64,000 nucleotides of DNA from Parasphingorhabdus sp. (GTDB taxonomy: Bacteria; Pseudomonadota; Gammaproteobacteria; Arenicellales; CAJQKF01): assembly GCA_047615875.1 (NCBI GenBank), contig JBLHGU010000002.1:649-64648 (forward strand), written 5' to 3'. Under the pieces are notes generated by a model. That model saw nothing but the letters and a program-made list of their open reading frames with translations. It had not been told where the DNA came from and made no database searches. Below are positions 1 through 12,361 of the stretch, piece by piece. Each line of letters starts with the position of its first letter. The first letter of the stretch is position 1. Made by a program: the position numbers and the translations under genes.

Positions 1-1223
1 AAAGCTCGAACCTTAGGTGCACCGGAAAGTGTGCCGGCGGGAAATGTTGCCCTTAACACGTCAATAGCATCCAGATCTTGTTGTATCTGACCGGTAACAT
101 TGGAGACAATATGCATAACATGGGAATAGCGTTCGATGCTCATGCGATCTGTAACCTTCACTGTTCCAATCTTGGCGACACGACCAACATCGTTACGACC
201 AAGGTCAACCAACATCAGATGCTCGGCCAGCTCCTTGGGGTCTGCCATCAAATCCTGTGCCAGCGCCTCGTCCTCAGCTACTGTAGCACCACGCTTCCTG
301 GTGCCGGCAATGGGTCGTACAGTCACTTCACCATTTTCAAGTCGAACCAGAATTTCCGGCGAGGAACCCACCACGAAAGTATCATCAAGATGAAGATAAA
401 ACATGTACGGTGAGGGATTTACGGTACGAAGTGCTCTGTATAAATCCAGCGGCGGCACATCAAAGGGAACGCTTAAACGTTGCGAAAGCACAACCTGAAA
501 AATATCACCGTTTTTAATATAGTCCAGACACTCCTCTACTGCCCATTCAAATTTTTCCTGACTAAAGGAAGAAACAAATTCTGACTCCTCCACGCGCCCG
601 GCAGATTGGTGTATCGGATTGTTATTGGGCAGTTGCAATCCACTAATTATCTGAGAAACTCTATTTACGCCAGTCTCATAGGCGTTATCCTGTTCTGGAT
701 CAACCAGAACAATAGCAAATAAACGACCGCCAAGATTATCAAATACCACTACCTCCTCAGATAACATAAGCAGAATATCTGGAGCCTGAATGGGGTCTGG
801 CTTATTACTTGTGCCTAGATGGGGCTCGATATAGCGTATCGTGTCGTACCCAAAATACCCTACCAGACCGCCAATAAAAAGTGGCATGCCATCGATTTCC
901 GGCACTTTGAACTGAGCCTGTATTTCAGCAATTTCCGCCAACGGATCGTCGGTGGTTTTTTGCAACAAAACTTTATCTCCACGCAGCACCGAAAAATCTT
1001 CACCACGCACCACCACACGAGTGGGGGACGCCAGGCCGATGATGGAGTACCTACCCCACTTCTCTCCACCCTGTACTGACTCGAATAGATAAGAATAGGG
1101 AACATTAGCCAGCTTCAGGTAGGTACTTACTGGCGTATCCAGATCAGCTAGCACTTCCCGTATTATGGGTATGCGATTGTAGCCTTGATCGTGAAAACGA
1201 TCGAAATCGGATTGGGTTATCAT
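1..1223 (-). CDS. trpE: anthranilate synthase component I (runs off window edge)
   Basis: Manual translation from ATG at 1223: MITQSDFDRFHDQGYNRIPIIREVLADLDTPVSTYLKLANVPYSYLFESVQGGEKWGRYS; C-terminal part includes TFPAGTLSGAPK; follows rpe-gph. Absent from the ORF track because the stop lies outside the window. Confidence 0.93.
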   Translation of the reverse strand, partial: MITQSDFDRFHDQGYNRIPIIREVLADLDTPVSTYLKLANVPYSYLFESVQGGEKWGRYSIIGLASPTRVVVRGEDFSVLRGDKVLLQKTTDDPLAEIAEIQAQFKVPEIDGMPLFIGGLVGYFGYDTIRYIEPHLGTSNKPDPIQAPDILLMLSEEVVVFDNLGGRLFAIVLVDPEQDNAYETGVNRVSQIISGLQLPNNNPIHQSAGRVEESEFVSSFSQEKFEWAVEECLDYIKNGDIFQVVLSQRLSVPFDVPPLDLYRALRTVNPSPYMFYLHLDDTFVVGSSPEILVRLENGEVTVRPIAGTRKRGATVAEDEALAQDLMADPKELAEHLMLVDLGRNDVGRVAKIGTVKVTDRMSIERYSHVMHIVSNVTGQIQQDLDAIDVLRATFPAGTLSGAPKVRA

Positions 1224-1359
1224 TTTTTGACTCTTATGGTTGTTAATTAAAAATTGCCGAATGGGTTGAGTGCAATCTTTACCATCGAAAAAAGTAATTG
1301 GGTTCAGTCAAAAAATGCATTTTGGAAATCTACAGTTTACTGGTTTGGGTTAGTACAGG

Positions 1360-2037
1360 CTAAATAACTTGCCGCAGCACAATCTCGACTGCTGCATCAA
1401 AGTCATTAACCATGTGATCGGGTTTGAACTCCGAGAGATCAAACCCCTGATTATATCCATAGGTTACTACTATGGATTGAAATGTCGCCGCCTGCGCCGC
1501 CTTTATATCACTGACAGAGTCACCGATTAAAGTACACTCAGACGGATTCTGCCGCAATTCGTTAGCGATGTGAAGTAATGGTGCCGGATGGGGTTTTTTT
1601 TCCGCTAATGTATCGCCTGATACTACCAGTTCAAATGCGTCAATAATGCCCATCTGCTCAAGCAAGGGTAATGTAAATGCAGCAGATTTATTGGTTACAC
1701 AGGCCAGCATCAAACCGGCTTCTGCCAACCTTCCCAGGCCCTCTTCAACACCAGGATAGCAGCAACTCAAATCGCAAACGTTGTTCTTATAAGATTGAAA
1801 GAACAGCGGCAACCCCTGTTCAAAACGTTGCTGATCGGGTATGCCATCAAAACTACCTGTCAAAACCCTCTCAACCAGTCGCGGAATGCCATTACCCACC
1901 CATTTTCTAACATCCTGCTCGGCGCATGCAGGTTCATCCATTTGCTCCAGCATACTATTTGCAGCCTGGGTTAAATCCGGCACAGAATCAATTAACGTGC
2001 CATCAAGGTCTATAGCCACGCAAGGTGTAGATCTCAT
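1360..2037 (-). CDS. gph: phosphoglycolate phosphatase (HAD)
   Basis: [19 protein letters not shown] and GDS..D motifs; rpe-gph-trpE synteny. Confidence 0.92.
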   Translation of the reverse strand: MRSTPCVAIDLDGTLIDSVPDLTQAANSMLEQMDEPACAEQDVRKWVGNGIPRLVERVLTGSFDGIPDQQRFEQGLPLFFQSYKNNVCDLSCCYPGVEEGLGRLAEAGLMLACVTNKSAAFTLPLLEQMGIIDAFELVVSGDTLAEKKPHPAPLLHIANELRQNPSECTLIGDSVSDIKAAQAATFQSIVVTYGYNQGFDLSEFKPDHMVNDFDAAVEIVLRQVI

Positions 2038-2708
2038 CGATCAACCGTGGCCAGTTCGGCCCGCATTGCATCGATTGCAGTCTTATAATCCGTAGTTCCA
2101 AAGATCGCAGAACCTGCAACAAATGTATCAGCCCCGGCTTCCGCGATACTTTTTATGTTGTCGATTTTCACACCACCATCGATTTCTAGCCGGATGTCCC
2201 TACCACTGCTATCTATTAACTGTCTTGCCTGTGCAGTTTTCTCTAACACCGATTGGATAAAACTCTGACCGCCAAAACCAGGATTTACCGACATCAATAA
2301 AACCATATCTATTTTATCCAGCACATATTCCAGATAATGCAATGGTGTAGCGGGATTAAAGACTAGACCGGGCTTGCAACCTTCATCGCGGATAAGTTGA
2401 ATTGTACGATCAATATGATCGCTCGCCTCGGGATGGAAAGTGATATAGGTGGCGCCAGCCCTGGCAAAATCGGGCACAATTCGATCCACAGGTTTGATCA
2501 TCAGGTGCACATCTATAGGCGCTGTAACACCATGTTTGCGTAAGGCGTCACAAACCAGCGGACCAATAGTAAGATTTGGCACATAGTGATTATCCATCAC
2601 ATCAAAATGAACGATATCCGCACCTGACTCAAGCACATTATCAACTTCCTCGCCTAAACGGGCAAAGTTAGCCGACAATATGGAAGGCGCAATGGCATAT
2701 TCTTGCAT
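2034..2708 (-). CDS. rpe: ribulose-phosphate 3-epimerase
   Basis: [37 protein letters not shown]. Confidence 0.97.
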   Translation of the reverse strand: MQEYAIAPSILSANFARLGEEVDNVLESGADIVHFDVMDNHYVPNLTIGPLVCDALRKHGVTAPIDVHLMIKPVDRIVPDFARAGATYITFHPEASDHIDRTIQLIRDEGCKPGLVFNPATPLHYLEYVLDKIDMVLLMSVNPGFGGQSFIQSVLEKTAQARQLIDSSGRDIRLEIDGGVKIDNIKSIAEAGADTFVAGSAIFGTTDYKTAIDAMRAELATVDR

Positions 2709-2863
2709 GCTGGAACTCCGGAAATATCAAAGTTAAAAATAGAAAGTGATGTTGCTACTACTGGCAATTTCAGGATTCCTAATACCAGTCCAGACTCGAT
2801 GCTAAACCAAATATCGTGGAACCGTATAACATCATGTCTTATGCAGGTATCAGCTAACCAATC

Positions 2864-3763
2864 TCAATTCTGATTTGCGACACCGTGTGGAACATGCCCC
2901 GTGGGCACATGTTGCCTGGTTGAATCGCAATGTCCGCGTTGATCATCAAAAAATATATCTGCACCAAACGTATTTAAAAATTCACCTTTTGGTAGGCCGC
3001 CTAGAAAAACTGCCTCGTCAATGCGAATATCCCAGGCCCGTAAGGTACGAATAACACGCTCATGCGCCGGTGCGGCACGTGCCGTTATAAGCGCAGTTCT
3101 AATAGGTGATTGTTTAGCGGGGAAGTCCGATTGTATTTGATGGAGAGCCGCCAAAACCGATTTAAATGGGCCACCCGGCAATGGGGTGTGGGCAGCATCC
3201 TGCTCTGCTTTAGTAAACTCTTCAAGACCCTTTTCCCGGTAGATACGTTCTGCTGCATCAGAAAAAAGAACGGCATCGCCATCGAAAGCTATACGCAGCT
3301 GCCCTTCAACATTGTTTTCGCTGTGTGAAGGCAAGATGGTCGCTGCAGCAATTCCAGCATCCAGAGCATTTACGACATCCAATGGATCTGCTGACAAGAA
3401 TAAATTTGCACTAAAAGGTCGTACATATCTATACGGACTTTCACCTCCAGAAAATGCTGCCCGGGAAATATCAAGTTTATAATGATTTATAGAATTAAAA
3501 ACTCTAAGGCCGGTATCCGCGCTATTGCGCGATATCAGCACAACTTCTACTCGCCGACCCTGCTTAACATCATTGTTCAGTGACAAAAGTTTTGTTACCA
3601 GCGGAAAAGCGACTCCTGGCTGCAACAATTCACTCTCGCGTTCAATCTGATAACGACAATAAGCATCCACACCCTGTTGTTCGAAAACCTGATGGCTCTC
3701 TTCAAGATCGAACAAGGTTCGGGATGATATGGCAACTTTTAATGTCACGTTGGGATTATTCAT
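2864..3763 (-). CDS. 5'-nucleotidase (cytosolic IA-like)
   Basis: VAISSRTLFDL, SRNSADTGLR, LRIAFDGDAVLF, DIFFDDQ. Confidence 0.9.
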   Translation of the reverse strand: MNNPNVTLKVAISSRTLFDLEESHQVFEQQGVDAYCRYQIERESELLQPGVAFPLVTKLLSLNNDVKQGRRVEVVLISRNSADTGLRVFNSINHYKLDISRAAFSGGESPYRYVRPFSANLFLSADPLDVVNALDAGIAAATILPSHSENNVEGQLRIAFDGDAVLFSDAAERIYREKGLEEFTKAEQDAAHTPLPGGPFKSVLAALHQIQSDFPAKQSPIRTALITARAAPAHERVIRTLRAWDIRIDEAVFLGGLPKGEFLNTFGADIFFDDQRGHCDSTRQHVPTGHVPHGVANQN

Positions 3764-4073
3764 TGTTCAATTCTATCAGTTTGCTAACTCGTAGAATTCT
3801 TAAAGAAGCGATTCAGATACTTTTTTCTGGCCCATTTCTTTCGCCAAGTTTCTACTATAACTATAAAGTTTTTAATAATTTAGACTTGTCACTGCTCTGA
3901 ACTTAGTTAAACTTGCGAATTAAGGAGTTTATGTGGAGTTTTTAATCCGGCAATATTCGAATGAACAACAATGTGGGCAAGAATATTCACAACGTAAAGC
4001 AGCTGGCGCAGATAGGTTTGATACCAGCTTCGTGCGCTGACATTGAGCATGCAGGAAACTAACTGGACCATCT

Positions 4074-6440
4074 ATGGCGGTAACTAATGGCAATGGACAA
4101 CTAATTCGTAGTCAGGCTTCTTCTCGGCCTGCCATGCTATTCGGCTGGAGTTTGCTACTGATTGCCCTTTGTACAACTGCAATACTGGTCTGGCTTTCTC
4201 GCGAATCGTTATTAAACACACATGGACCCACGGTTGTTGAATTGCAGCAACAATCTACCAATATCTCCCAGCTTAATTCTGATTTACAGGTCATAGGTAA
4301 GGCTATAATGGTTGAGCGGATCAATTCCTCAGCCAATTTCGAGCTGGCTAACTCTATCCGTCAGGCACGATCCAGGATCAAAGAATTATCCGAAAAACAT
4401 GAACTTTCCAAAGTAGACGCCAGCCGCCTTACCAGACATTCACTGAACTTATCCAATAAACAGGTTAGTCGATTGGAGCAATTGATAGCTGGATCTTCCA
4501 AGATTAGTGATGACGACTACGATCAATTATCTACCTTGACTGAAACTCTTCAGAATCTGTTTGTAGAATCACGTTATCAGACTCAATTAGCCATTCAACG
4601 GCAATCCTCACAGTTAGATAATCTACGCTTATTTATACGCATTTATTTTGCTGTGCTGTTGGTATTCACCATAGGGGTAGTTAGCCTGTTAATCAGGCGG
4701 CGCAGTAGCGAAACACGATTGAGCATGATGCGACAACGTCTGGTCGAATCAATTGAAACCATCCGTGAAGGCTTCGTTCTGTTCGACCAAAAAGATCAAT
4801 TAATTCTATGTAACGGCAGATTTCGTCAATTGTTTCCGAAAGAGGTGCAAGATAATCTATATAAAATGCCCTATCCGGATCTGGCCTTTTCCCTAATCCA
4901 GCATGACACTTACTCAGTTTCCGGGTTTTATTTTCGCGAAAGACTAGAGAAATTTGTTAATTGGCACCAAGCTCCTCAGGGAGTTTTTGAATTGGAACAC
5001 GCCTCCGGACTGGTTTTTCAGATTAGTGAGTACACTACTCCGAGCGGTGATACAGTGGGCATTTACCATGATGTTACAGATCTTATGGAAGCGCATAAAA
5101 AACTTGAGCATCTGGCGCAACATGATCATGTTACTGGGCTGTTTAGTCGCGCGTATTTCGAAAATCTGATTCCGGCTTCGCTGGAGAAACATCATAGATG
5201 CGGCTGGCCAGCCGCTCTCATCTTTATTGATCTAGATCGATTCAAGATCATAAATGACAGCTTTGGCCATCCCACCGGTGATGTAGTTCTAAATCATGTA
5301 GCCGGGGCACTGCGAAAGTATTCCTCGGTTAAAAATGTTTTTTCTCGGTACGGAGGTGATGAGTTTGCGTTGTTTGTTAGCAACTTAAACTTTGAAGACA
5401 ACCCCCAGTCAGTCGCCAGAGTGTTGGCTGAAAATATTCTTAAGTCAGTATCAGGAAATATTAGCGTTGGCCCTGCAGAAGCATACATAACCGCTTCCAT
5501 TGGTATAGCGATCTTCCCTGAGCATGGCCATAACCTGAAGACTTTGATTCAAAGTGCAGATACCGCTGCGTACTACGCGAAATCTCTGGGTGGTAGCAAT
5601 GTTCAAGTGTTCAGCAACGAAATGCAATTGGCTGCACACCGTAAAGTAGATTTAGAACGTCATCTGAGAATGGCTTTAAACCACCGTGAAATGTATATGG
5701 AGTTTCAGCCACAAATAGATCTCCGATCGGGGAGAATCTCTGGCTTTGAAGCTCTGGCGCGTTGGAATTCAAAAGCACTCGGTCAAGTATCTCCATCAGA
5801 ATTTATCCCGTTGGCAGAAGAAACGGGGTTGATTTTCCCTATCAGCAACTGGATATTACGTGAAGTTTGCAGGCATATTGCAGCCTGGCGTGCAAATAAC
5901 ATACCGACCGTTCCGGTCTCTATAAATTTATCTGCTCGCCAGTTTCGCGATAAAAACCTGAATATGCGCATCAGTGGAACACTTTCAGAATTTAATTTGG
6001 AACCCCAGGCCATAATAGTTGAGGTGACCGAAACTACCGTACTAGAAAATATCGAGACTGCGACTGAAACCCTCAATTGGCTTACGGATCTGGGTATCAA
6101 GCTTGCAATTGACGATTTTGGCACTGATTACTCGTCCATGTCAGCCATAAAACGCTTTCCTGTCAATATCATCAAGATCGATTATTCATTCATTCATGAT
6201 ATGGAGGATGACCCTGATACTCTGCAAATTGTTATTGCAATTATTACTATGGCCAAAAATATCGGGATCACAGTTGTTGCGGAAGGCGTCGAAAACGAAC
6301 GCCAATTGAGTCTGCTACAGGCTCGTGATTGCGATGTTGTGCAGGGTTATTTCTTCAGCAAAGCAGTACCGGCTAACGATGTTCCAGTGCTAATAAGCCG
6401 CAATACAACTAAACCGCTGCAACTGAGTCGTGTCGAATAA
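4074..6440 (+). CDS. membrane-anchored PAS-GGDEF-EAL c-di-GMP signalling protein
   Basis: Two TM segments; PAS-like EGFVLFD..LILCN; DLDRFKIIND..GH, GGDEF, FEALARW, DDFGTDYSS, VAEGVE. Confidence 0.92.
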   Translation: MAVTNGNGQLIRSQASSRPAMLFGWSLLLIALCTTAILVWLSRESLLNTHGPTVVELQQQSTNISQLNSDLQVIGKAIMVERINSSANFELANSIRQARSRIKELSEKHELSKVDASRLTRHSLNLSNKQVSRLEQLIAGSSKISDDDYDQLSTLTETLQNLFVESRYQTQLAIQRQSSQLDNLRLFIRIYFAVLLVFTIGVVSLLIRRRSSETRLSMMRQRLVESIETIREGFVLFDQKDQLILCNGRFRQLFPKEVQDNLYKMPYPDLAFSLIQHDTYSVSGFYFRERLEKFVNWHQAPQGVFELEHASGLVFQISEYTTPSGDTVGIYHDVTDLMEAHKKLEHLAQHDHVTGLFSRAYFENLIPASLEKHHRCGWPAALIFIDLDRFKIINDSFGHPTGDVVLNHVAGALRKYSSVKNVFSRYGGDEFALFVSNLNFEDNPQSVARVLAENILKSVSGNISVGPAEAYITASIGIAIFPEHGHNLKTLIQSADTAAYYAKSLGGSNVQVFSNEMQLAAHRKVDLERHLRMALNHREMYMEFQPQIDLRSGRISGFEALARWNSKALGQVSPSEFIPLAEETGLIFPISNWILREVCRHIAAWRANNIPTVPVSINLSARQFRDKNLNMRISGTLSEFNLEPQAIIVEVTETTVLENIETATETLNWLTDLGIKLAIDDFGTDYSSMSAIKRFPVNIIKIDYSFIHDMEDDPDTLQIVIAIITMAKNIGITVVAEGVENERQLSLLQARDCDVVQGYFFSKAVPANDVPVLISRNTTKPLQLSRVE

Positions 6441-6831
6441 TCTGCGCGATATCGTTGGGTAGAAACCACACTCCAGGATTCGCTCAAATTCCGCTATCCT
6501 AGGCTGAAGTCCGATTTTTCCGAGCACACTAATAAACTGTTCGTCGTGAATCGTCAGAACCACCTGGCCAGTGCAACTGTTCTAGCTACACTGTTAACAG
6601 AGGACGCAATTTACCTGATGCTCGATGTAGCAAACAGCAGACCGATTGATTTTTATCCATTAACGCCAAGCGCGGAGTCGCCGACAGCTTCCAGTGTTAT
6701 AACCTGATTTCCGCTTCTGTAATAGATGAAACAGATATTTTTTGGGGCTGTATTTCTATCGACGACTTTGTAGATGTAATTCAGGAAACAGCCAACCATA
6801 CAGTAATGATAAGGGAGGGGTTAGCGGCTTT

Positions 6832-8346
6832 CTAGTAGTCGGTTTTGTTAGTCTTTATGCGATGTGGCTTTATCAATAGATAGCCAATAATGCACAGAAT
6901 CAAAAGCAACACTGGCCAGTCTCGCCAATTCGTGTAGGGTGTCATACCACTGCGAGGTTGCACTTCAGCATTAAGTACATATTCCTCAAATTGTGGCGAA
7001 ACCTGTAATAACCGACCCTTATGATCAATGGCGGCCGACAGACCTGTATTGCTCACGCGCAGCATGGGTCGCTCAACTTCTATGCTGCGCATACGCGCCA
7101 TTTGCAGACGTTGGTGAGGCCCAAAGGAATTACCAAACCAGGCATCTTCACTAATATTCATCAGCAGTTCGGCATCCGGCATAGTTCTTAGCACATCATA
7201 AGGAAAAGCATCTTCATAACAAATGCCCATACCAACATTGCGTCCTGCAACTATCATATTCTTCTGATCGCCTGTCCAGGCACTCATCTCGGACATGGGA
7301 ATTTCAAAATATTCTGCAATTGAACCAAACAACCAGAGAAATGGTGTGTATTCACCAAATGGCACCAGGTGTTGCTTTCTATAGATAGCTGGCTGCTGGT
7401 CAAACAGAACCGCAGCATTAAAGTACTCTACGCCACCCTGACGATGCCTACGCTCCAGAAAACCACTAATTAGTGGCCGTCCCAGATTTTTTATATCTCG
7501 ATGGAACTCGCTATCGAGCTGATCAACAAAAGCTGGAATCGACGACTCTGGCCATACAACCACATCCGAGTCATTATCATTAGCCTGGCTTATATTAAGA
7601 TATTTATCTATCAAATTACGCCGTTGTTGAATACTCCATTTGGTTGTTAACGGCACATTCAGCTGTACCAGGTCGGCGCGAAAATGATCTCCATGGGGCT
7701 TTCCCCAATCGATATTTTGAATAACAAATCCAGCAACAAATAATGCAGTGGCAGCAATAGTTGACTGCAAGCCATAGCGTCGAAAATCAGTACCGATCAA
7801 GGCAATACAGCCTGCCAATATCGCCACTGCCAGGGTAACGCCGTGAATTCCTATGACGCTGCCTAACGCGCCAAGCCAGCTATCTGTTTGACTATAACCG
7901 AGTTCAAGCCATGAAAACCCCGTTAGTATATGATTGCGTACGTATTCAAATAGAGTCCAGATGACAGGTATAACTAACAGTAAGCGAATGTGAATACTGG
8001 TGTGTATAAATCGCGCCTGAAACCAGCCGGCAAGCATGGGAAACAAAGACAGTACCGCGATAAAACCGGCGACACAAATTATGGCTAACGGCAAAGGCAT
8101 ATCACCATAGGTGTTTAAACTGATAAAAACCCAGGATGTGCCGACACAATGCATGGAGAATGCAAAACAAAAACCGGCTTTTCCGGAGTCAACCGCAGAC
8201 TGCTGCGACCAGATCAAAAACAGCCCAACCAACAAGATGGGGGGCAATACATAAATATTAAATGGCGCAAAGCCGAACGGCATTGCAGCACCAAAAATAC
8301 TGCTAAAAATTAGCGGATGTTTTACAAGTGGGGCTGGCAGATTCAA
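6832..8346 (-). CDS. lnt: apolipoprotein N-acyltransferase
   Basis: Multi-TM; VWPES, KQHLVPFGEY, ICYE catalytic motifs. Confidence 0.95.
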   Translation of the reverse strand: MNLPAPLVKHPLIFSSIFGAAMPFGFAPFNIYVLPPILLVGLFLIWSQQSAVDSGKAGFCFAFSMHCVGTSWVFISLNTYGDMPLPLAIICVAGFIAVLSLFPMLAGWFQARFIHTSIHIRLLLVIPVIWTLFEYVRNHILTGFSWLELGYSQTDSWLGALGSVIGIHGVTLAVAILAGCIALIGTDFRRYGLQSTIAATALFVAGFVIQNIDWGKPHGDHFRADLVQLNVPLTTKWSIQQRRNLIDKYLNISQANDNDSDVVVWPESSIPAFVDQLDSEFHRDIKNLGRPLISGFLERRHRQGGVEYFNAAVLFDQQPAIYRKQHLVPFGEYTPFLWLFGSIAEYFEIPMSEMSAWTGDQKNMIVAGRNVGMGICYEDAFPYDVLRTMPDAELLMNISEDAWFGNSFGPHQRLQMARMRSIEVERPMLRVSNTGLSAAIDHKGRLLQVSPQFEEYVLNAEVQPRSGMTPYTNWRDWPVLLLILCIIGYLLIKPHRIKTNKTDY

Positions 8347-9200
8347 TCCGGTTCCGAAGTAGAATTATTTCCAGTCAGTTTACGCACCTGAAGTAAATGA
8401 ACCCTTCGGCTATCGGCATTCAGCACTTTAAACTCAAAGCCAGCGAAGGAAACCATTTCTTCACGTTGGGGAACATAACCAAACCGACTGACCACAGCGC
8501 CGCCAAGTGTGCGAAATTCATCCTCAGAGAGATTGGCACCAACCAGTTCATTAAAGTCCTCCATAGGGATGACTGCCTTTACCATGTACTCCGTATCGCT
8601 GCGCCGCATAACCATAGCAGCTTCTTCATCGATGTCGTGCTCATCTTCAATTTCGCCAACAATTTGCTCAAGCACATCTTCGATTGTCACCAGGCCGGCA
8701 GTGCCGCCATATTCATCGACCACAATCGCCATATGATTTCTACTGTCGCGAAATTCTTTTAACAGAACATTTAGACGCTTACTTTCCGGAATCAACACGG
8801 CCGGCCGCAATAGATCACGCCAGAGAAATTCCCCGTTTGGCTTGTGGAAGTAATTGAGCAAGTCTTTAGCCAGTAGAATACCTTCAACCTTGTCCAGATC
8901 ACCCTCTACAACAGGAAAACGTGAATGAGCAGATTCAATGATTATTGGTAACATTTCTTTAGGAGATTGGGCCTTGTCGATCACCACCATTTGCGAACGA
9001 GGCAACATGATATCCCGCACCTTTAATTCTGAAATCTGGATTACACGTTCAATTGTGTCCATTGCATCCTGACCCAACACACCTTGTTGTTGGGCCTTAC
9101 CGAGAAAATCAAACAAGTCATCCCGGGTTAGTCCCCTGGCAATGACACGCTTGACGAGACGTCGTAAACCAGTAAACCCCGAGGGTGATGGATCGCTCAT
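8343..9200 (-). CDS. corC: CBS-domain Mg/Co transport protein CorC (YbeX)
   Basis: [32 protein letters not shown]; between ybeY and lnt. Confidence 0.92.
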   Translation of the reverse strand: MSDPSPSGFTGLRRLVKRVIARGLTRDDLFDFLGKAQQQGVLGQDAMDTIERVIQISELKVRDIMLPRSQMVVIDKAQSPKEMLPIIIESAHSRFPVVEGDLDKVEGILLAKDLLNYFHKPNGEFLWRDLLRPAVLIPESKRLNVLLKEFRDSRNHMAIVVDEYGGTAGLVTIEDVLEQIVGEIEDEHDIDEEAAMVMRRSDTEYMVKAVIPMEDFNELVGANLSEDEFRTLGGAVVSRFGYVPQREEMVSFAGFEFKVLNADSRRVHLLQVRKLTGNNSTSEPD

Positions 9201-9682
9201 ATCACTACCACCGTATCATTTGATACACGGTCCGAACTATAGGGATTGGGAAATCCCAAATCTGACAGCAATCTGATTTCTAACCTCTCCATCTCAACAG
9301 CCTGATCTTCCTGAACATGATCATAGCCTTTTAAATGCAATGTTCCGTGCACTACCATATGTGCCCAATGTGACAGTGCCGATTTATCCTGTTCTGCCGC
9401 CTCATTGCCAACAACGTCAGCACAGATGGCTATATCGCCAATAATGCCAGCATCAATACCGGGCGGGTTCTCAAAAGGAAATGACAAGACGTTTGTTACA
9501 CCTGGTTTGCCACGATAGGACTCATTAAGAGAGGTCATTTCTTGCTGGTCTACAATCCGTATAGTTAGTTCACGCTGGTCGTCGTCGAGTTGTTTAAGCA
9601 CCGCAAAGGCCCAATCGGAAATGATTTCCGAATCTGGCACTGAACTGTTGTCAACTTCAGATTGAATAACAATATTACTCAT
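9197..9682 (-). CDS. ybeY: rRNA maturation RNase YbeY
   Basis: [17 protein letters not shown]; start moved to MSNIV (9682) to avoid long overlap with phoH. Confidence 0.94.
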   Translation of the reverse strand: MSNIVIQSEVDNSSVPDSEIISDWAFAVLKQLDDDQRELTIRIVDQQEMTSLNESYRGKPGVTNVLSFPFENPPGIDAGIIGDIAICADVVGNEAAEQDKSALSHWAHMVVHGTLHLKGYDHVQEDQAVEMERLEIRLLSDLGFPNPYSSDRVSNDTVVVI

Positions 9683-10673
9683 CTGCCAACTTCGGGTCAT
9701 CCGGGTGTCTACTATCGACGTCGTAAGCTTCGACAATTCGTTGTACTAACCGATGTCGAACTACGTCGGATGAGTAGAATCGATTGATACTAATACCATC
9801 CACCTTGTTCAAAATACCCAGCGCATGTATTAATCCTGATGAGGACCTCGAAGGTAGATCGATTTGTGAAGGGTCGCCAGTGATCACTGCTCGCGAACCG
9901 AAACCTATGCGAGTTAAAAACATTTTCATTTGCTCGCGTGTCGTATTCTGCGCTTCATCGAGAATAATAAAGGCATCATTAAGTGTTCGTCCACGCATAT
10001 AAGCCAATGGTGCGAGTTCAATGATTCCGCGCTCAATTAGCTTTCCTACCCGCTCAAAACCCAACATGTCATAGAGAGCATCATAAAGAGGTCGAACATA
10101 GGGATCAACTTTCTGTCCAATATCACCAGGCAGAAAACCTAATTTCTCACCCGCTTCAACTGCTGGCCTTACCAATATTATGCGCTCAACTTCATTATCG
10201 GTCAGTGCCTGAACCGCACATGCTACGGCGAGATAGGTTTTACCCGTTCCAGCAGGCCCCACCCCAAAACAGGCATCATGAAGCATTATGTTTTTTACAT
10301 ATCGCCTCTGATGATCATTCATAGCCCGAACGGTAGTTTTTCGAACCTTTATTGTCAGATCCTTCGGCTCATCTGACTTTTGAAGTGATGCTTCAGTTTC
10401 CGGATTTCGGGTCATCGCTAGATGTACATCCTCTTTTGTAATAGTTGCCCTGTTCTTGGTGTCCTGATACAAATTTCTTATCACCTGCTCGGCTCGTTGG
10501 ATGTTTTTGCGATGTCCGTCGATATAAAACAAATTACCACGATGTGTAATTTGCACGGTAAATCGTTCTTCCATCAATTTCAGATTGGCGCCATATTCTC
10601 CACACAGCCCAGCCAACCGCTGATTGTTTTCGGGAGTCAACAGGAATGAAACAGGATCAGTTCGGGTTTTCAA
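9675..10673 (-). CDS. PhoH-family ATPase (YbeZ)
   Basis: [35 protein letters not shown]. Confidence 0.95.
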   Translation of the reverse strand: MKTRTDPVSFLLTPENNQRLAGLCGEYGANLKLMEERFTVQITHRGNLFYIDGHRKNIQRAEQVIRNLYQDTKNRATITKEDVHLAMTRNPETEASLQKSDEPKDLTIKVRKTTVRAMNDHQRRYVKNIMLHDACFGVGPAGTGKTYLAVACAVQALTDNEVERIILVRPAVEAGEKLGFLPGDIGQKVDPYVRPLYDALYDMLGFERVGKLIERGIIELAPLAYMRGRTLNDAFIILDEAQNTTREQMKMFLTRIGFGSRAVITGDPSQIDLPSRSSSGLIHALGILNKVDGISINRFYSSDVVRHRLVQRIVEAYDVDSRHPDDPKLADE

Positions 10674-10834
10674 TTCAACGTGAGCAAAAGCAGATGATGA
10701 GACACAGTGCCGTCATCCAGAGAACCTGGGGGGGATAATTATAAACAGGACGTTGTGCTAAACCTGTTTGTTGAAAAATAGTATGCAAAAGTTATTCACG
10801 TTCACGCGTTACAGATCAGTCTATGCAGAACTAT

Positions 10835-12223
10835 CTATAAATGCAAATCATTAGCCGAGTGCGAACTGATAACAGCGATGGGATCACCCTTACGAGTCGG
10901 TAGGTAATCATACCCTCGCAATGAATTAGGTAAAGCTTCTGAAATGCGGATATCTGCAAATTGCCCGATCAAACTCTTGGGTCCGGAAAAATTTACTACC
11001 CGATTATTTTCTGTTCTACCGGATAACTGACTCGCATCTTTACGGGACGTACCCTCAACCAGCACCCTTTGTTGAGTTCCAACCATGGAGCTACTAATGT
11101 GCCTTGCCTGTACATTGATACGTTCCTGTAAAATTTTTAAACGCTGCTTTTTAACCTCCGGACTCACATCATCTGGCAAAAAAGCCGCTGGTGTCCCCGG
11201 TCGTTGGCTGTAAATAAAGCTGAATGAATGATCAAAGCCAATCTGTTCGATTAAATCCATAGTGGCCTGAAAATCTGCATCTGTTTCGCCGGGAAAGCCG
11301 ATAATAAAATCTGAGGACAGACTAATACCTGGTCTGCGTTGTTTAATGGAATCAATCAGCTCAATATAGCCAGCCGCAGAATAATTACGCTTCATTTGTG
11401 TGAGAATTCGGTCACAACCACTTTGAACAGGCAGGTGAAGGTGACTGACAAGTTCCGGTACCTCGGCATAAACATCTACCAGGGCTTCTGTAAATTCTTG
11501 TGGGTGCGACGTGGTAAAACGAATTCGATCAATACCATCAATTTCAGCAGCATAACGAATCAGCATTGCCAGGTCAGCGATACCATCAGCGTGGGTTGTA
11601 CCCTGATAGGCGTTTACATTCTGGCCGAGCAAATTCACTTCTCTAACACCCTGCTCAGCTAATTCGTAAATTTCTGTTATGACATCATCAAATGGGCGGC
11701 TAAATTCCTCGCCTCTTGTGTAGGGCACCACACAGAAACTGCAATATTTACTACAACCTTCCATGATAGAAACAAACGCCTTAACTCCATCAACTCGTGG
11801 CGGTGGAAGATTATCGAACTTTTCAATTTCAGGAAAACTGATATCAACTTTTGGCGTGCGGACTTTTTTAAGATCATCCAGCATGGATGGCAGGCGATGA
11901 TAAGTTTGCGGCCCAAATATTAAATCAACATAGGGTGCGCGACGTCGAATTGCCTCGCCTTCCTGACTCACCACACAACCACCGACACCAATCACCAGAT
12001 CAGGATTGTCGTCCTTCCAGGTTTTCCATCTACCCAGTGCGGAGAACACTTTCTCCTGTGCCTTTTCTCGAACCGAGCAGGTATTCAGCAGCAATACATC
12101 CGCTTCTTCCGCCTGATCTGTTTGATGCATGTCATGAGTCTTCGCCAATAAATCGAAAATACGAGAAGAGTCGTATTCGTTCATTTGACAGCCGAATGTT
12201 TTGATATAAATTTTTTTGGTCAT
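10835..12223 (-). CDS. miaB: tRNA-i6A37 methylthiotransferase
   Basis: [19 protein letters not shown] radical SAM motif, C-terminal TRAM domain. Confidence 0.97.
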   Translation of the reverse strand: MTKKIYIKTFGCQMNEYDSSRIFDLLAKTHDMHQTDQAEEADVLLLNTCSVREKAQEKVFSALGRWKTWKDDNPDLVIGVGGCVVSQEGEAIRRRAPYVDLIFGPQTYHRLPSMLDDLKKVRTPKVDISFPEIEKFDNLPPPRVDGVKAFVSIMEGCSKYCSFCVVPYTRGEEFSRPFDDVITEIYELAEQGVREVNLLGQNVNAYQGTTHADGIADLAMLIRYAAEIDGIDRIRFTTSHPQEFTEALVDVYAEVPELVSHLHLPVQSGCDRILTQMKRNYSAAGYIELIDSIKQRRPGISLSSDFIIGFPGETDADFQATMDLIEQIGFDHSFSFIYSQRPGTPAAFLPDDVSPEVKKQRLKILQERINVQARHISSSMVGTQQRVLVEGTSRKDASQLSGRTENNRVVNFSGPKSLIGQFADIRISEALPNSLRGYDYLPTRKGDPIAVISSHSANDLHL

Positions 12224-12361
12224 GGTCGATTCACAAGCCGGGTCGGCGATTATGCCGAAGATGTGTCTACTTTGCTATTAATCCTTAAAAATCGCCTGAT
12301 AAACCCAGGCCGTCTCGGAGCTGTTAAAATAAGATGCTATTCACGAAATCGGCCAAACAAC

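Noticed and set aside
78-1105. Short ORFs from the track at 78-413, 136-393, 819-1079 and 860-1105
   Set aside because: They are shadow frames of trpE, which occupies 1-1223 on the minus strand.
3900-4073. c-di-GMP riboswitch upstream of the GGDEF-EAL gene
   Set aside because: Only a weak hairpin; the conserved GEMM motifs could not be found.
6441-6831. 390-bp gap between convergent genes as an ncRNA or gene remnant
   Set aside because: No ORF, repeat or structure that I could recognise.
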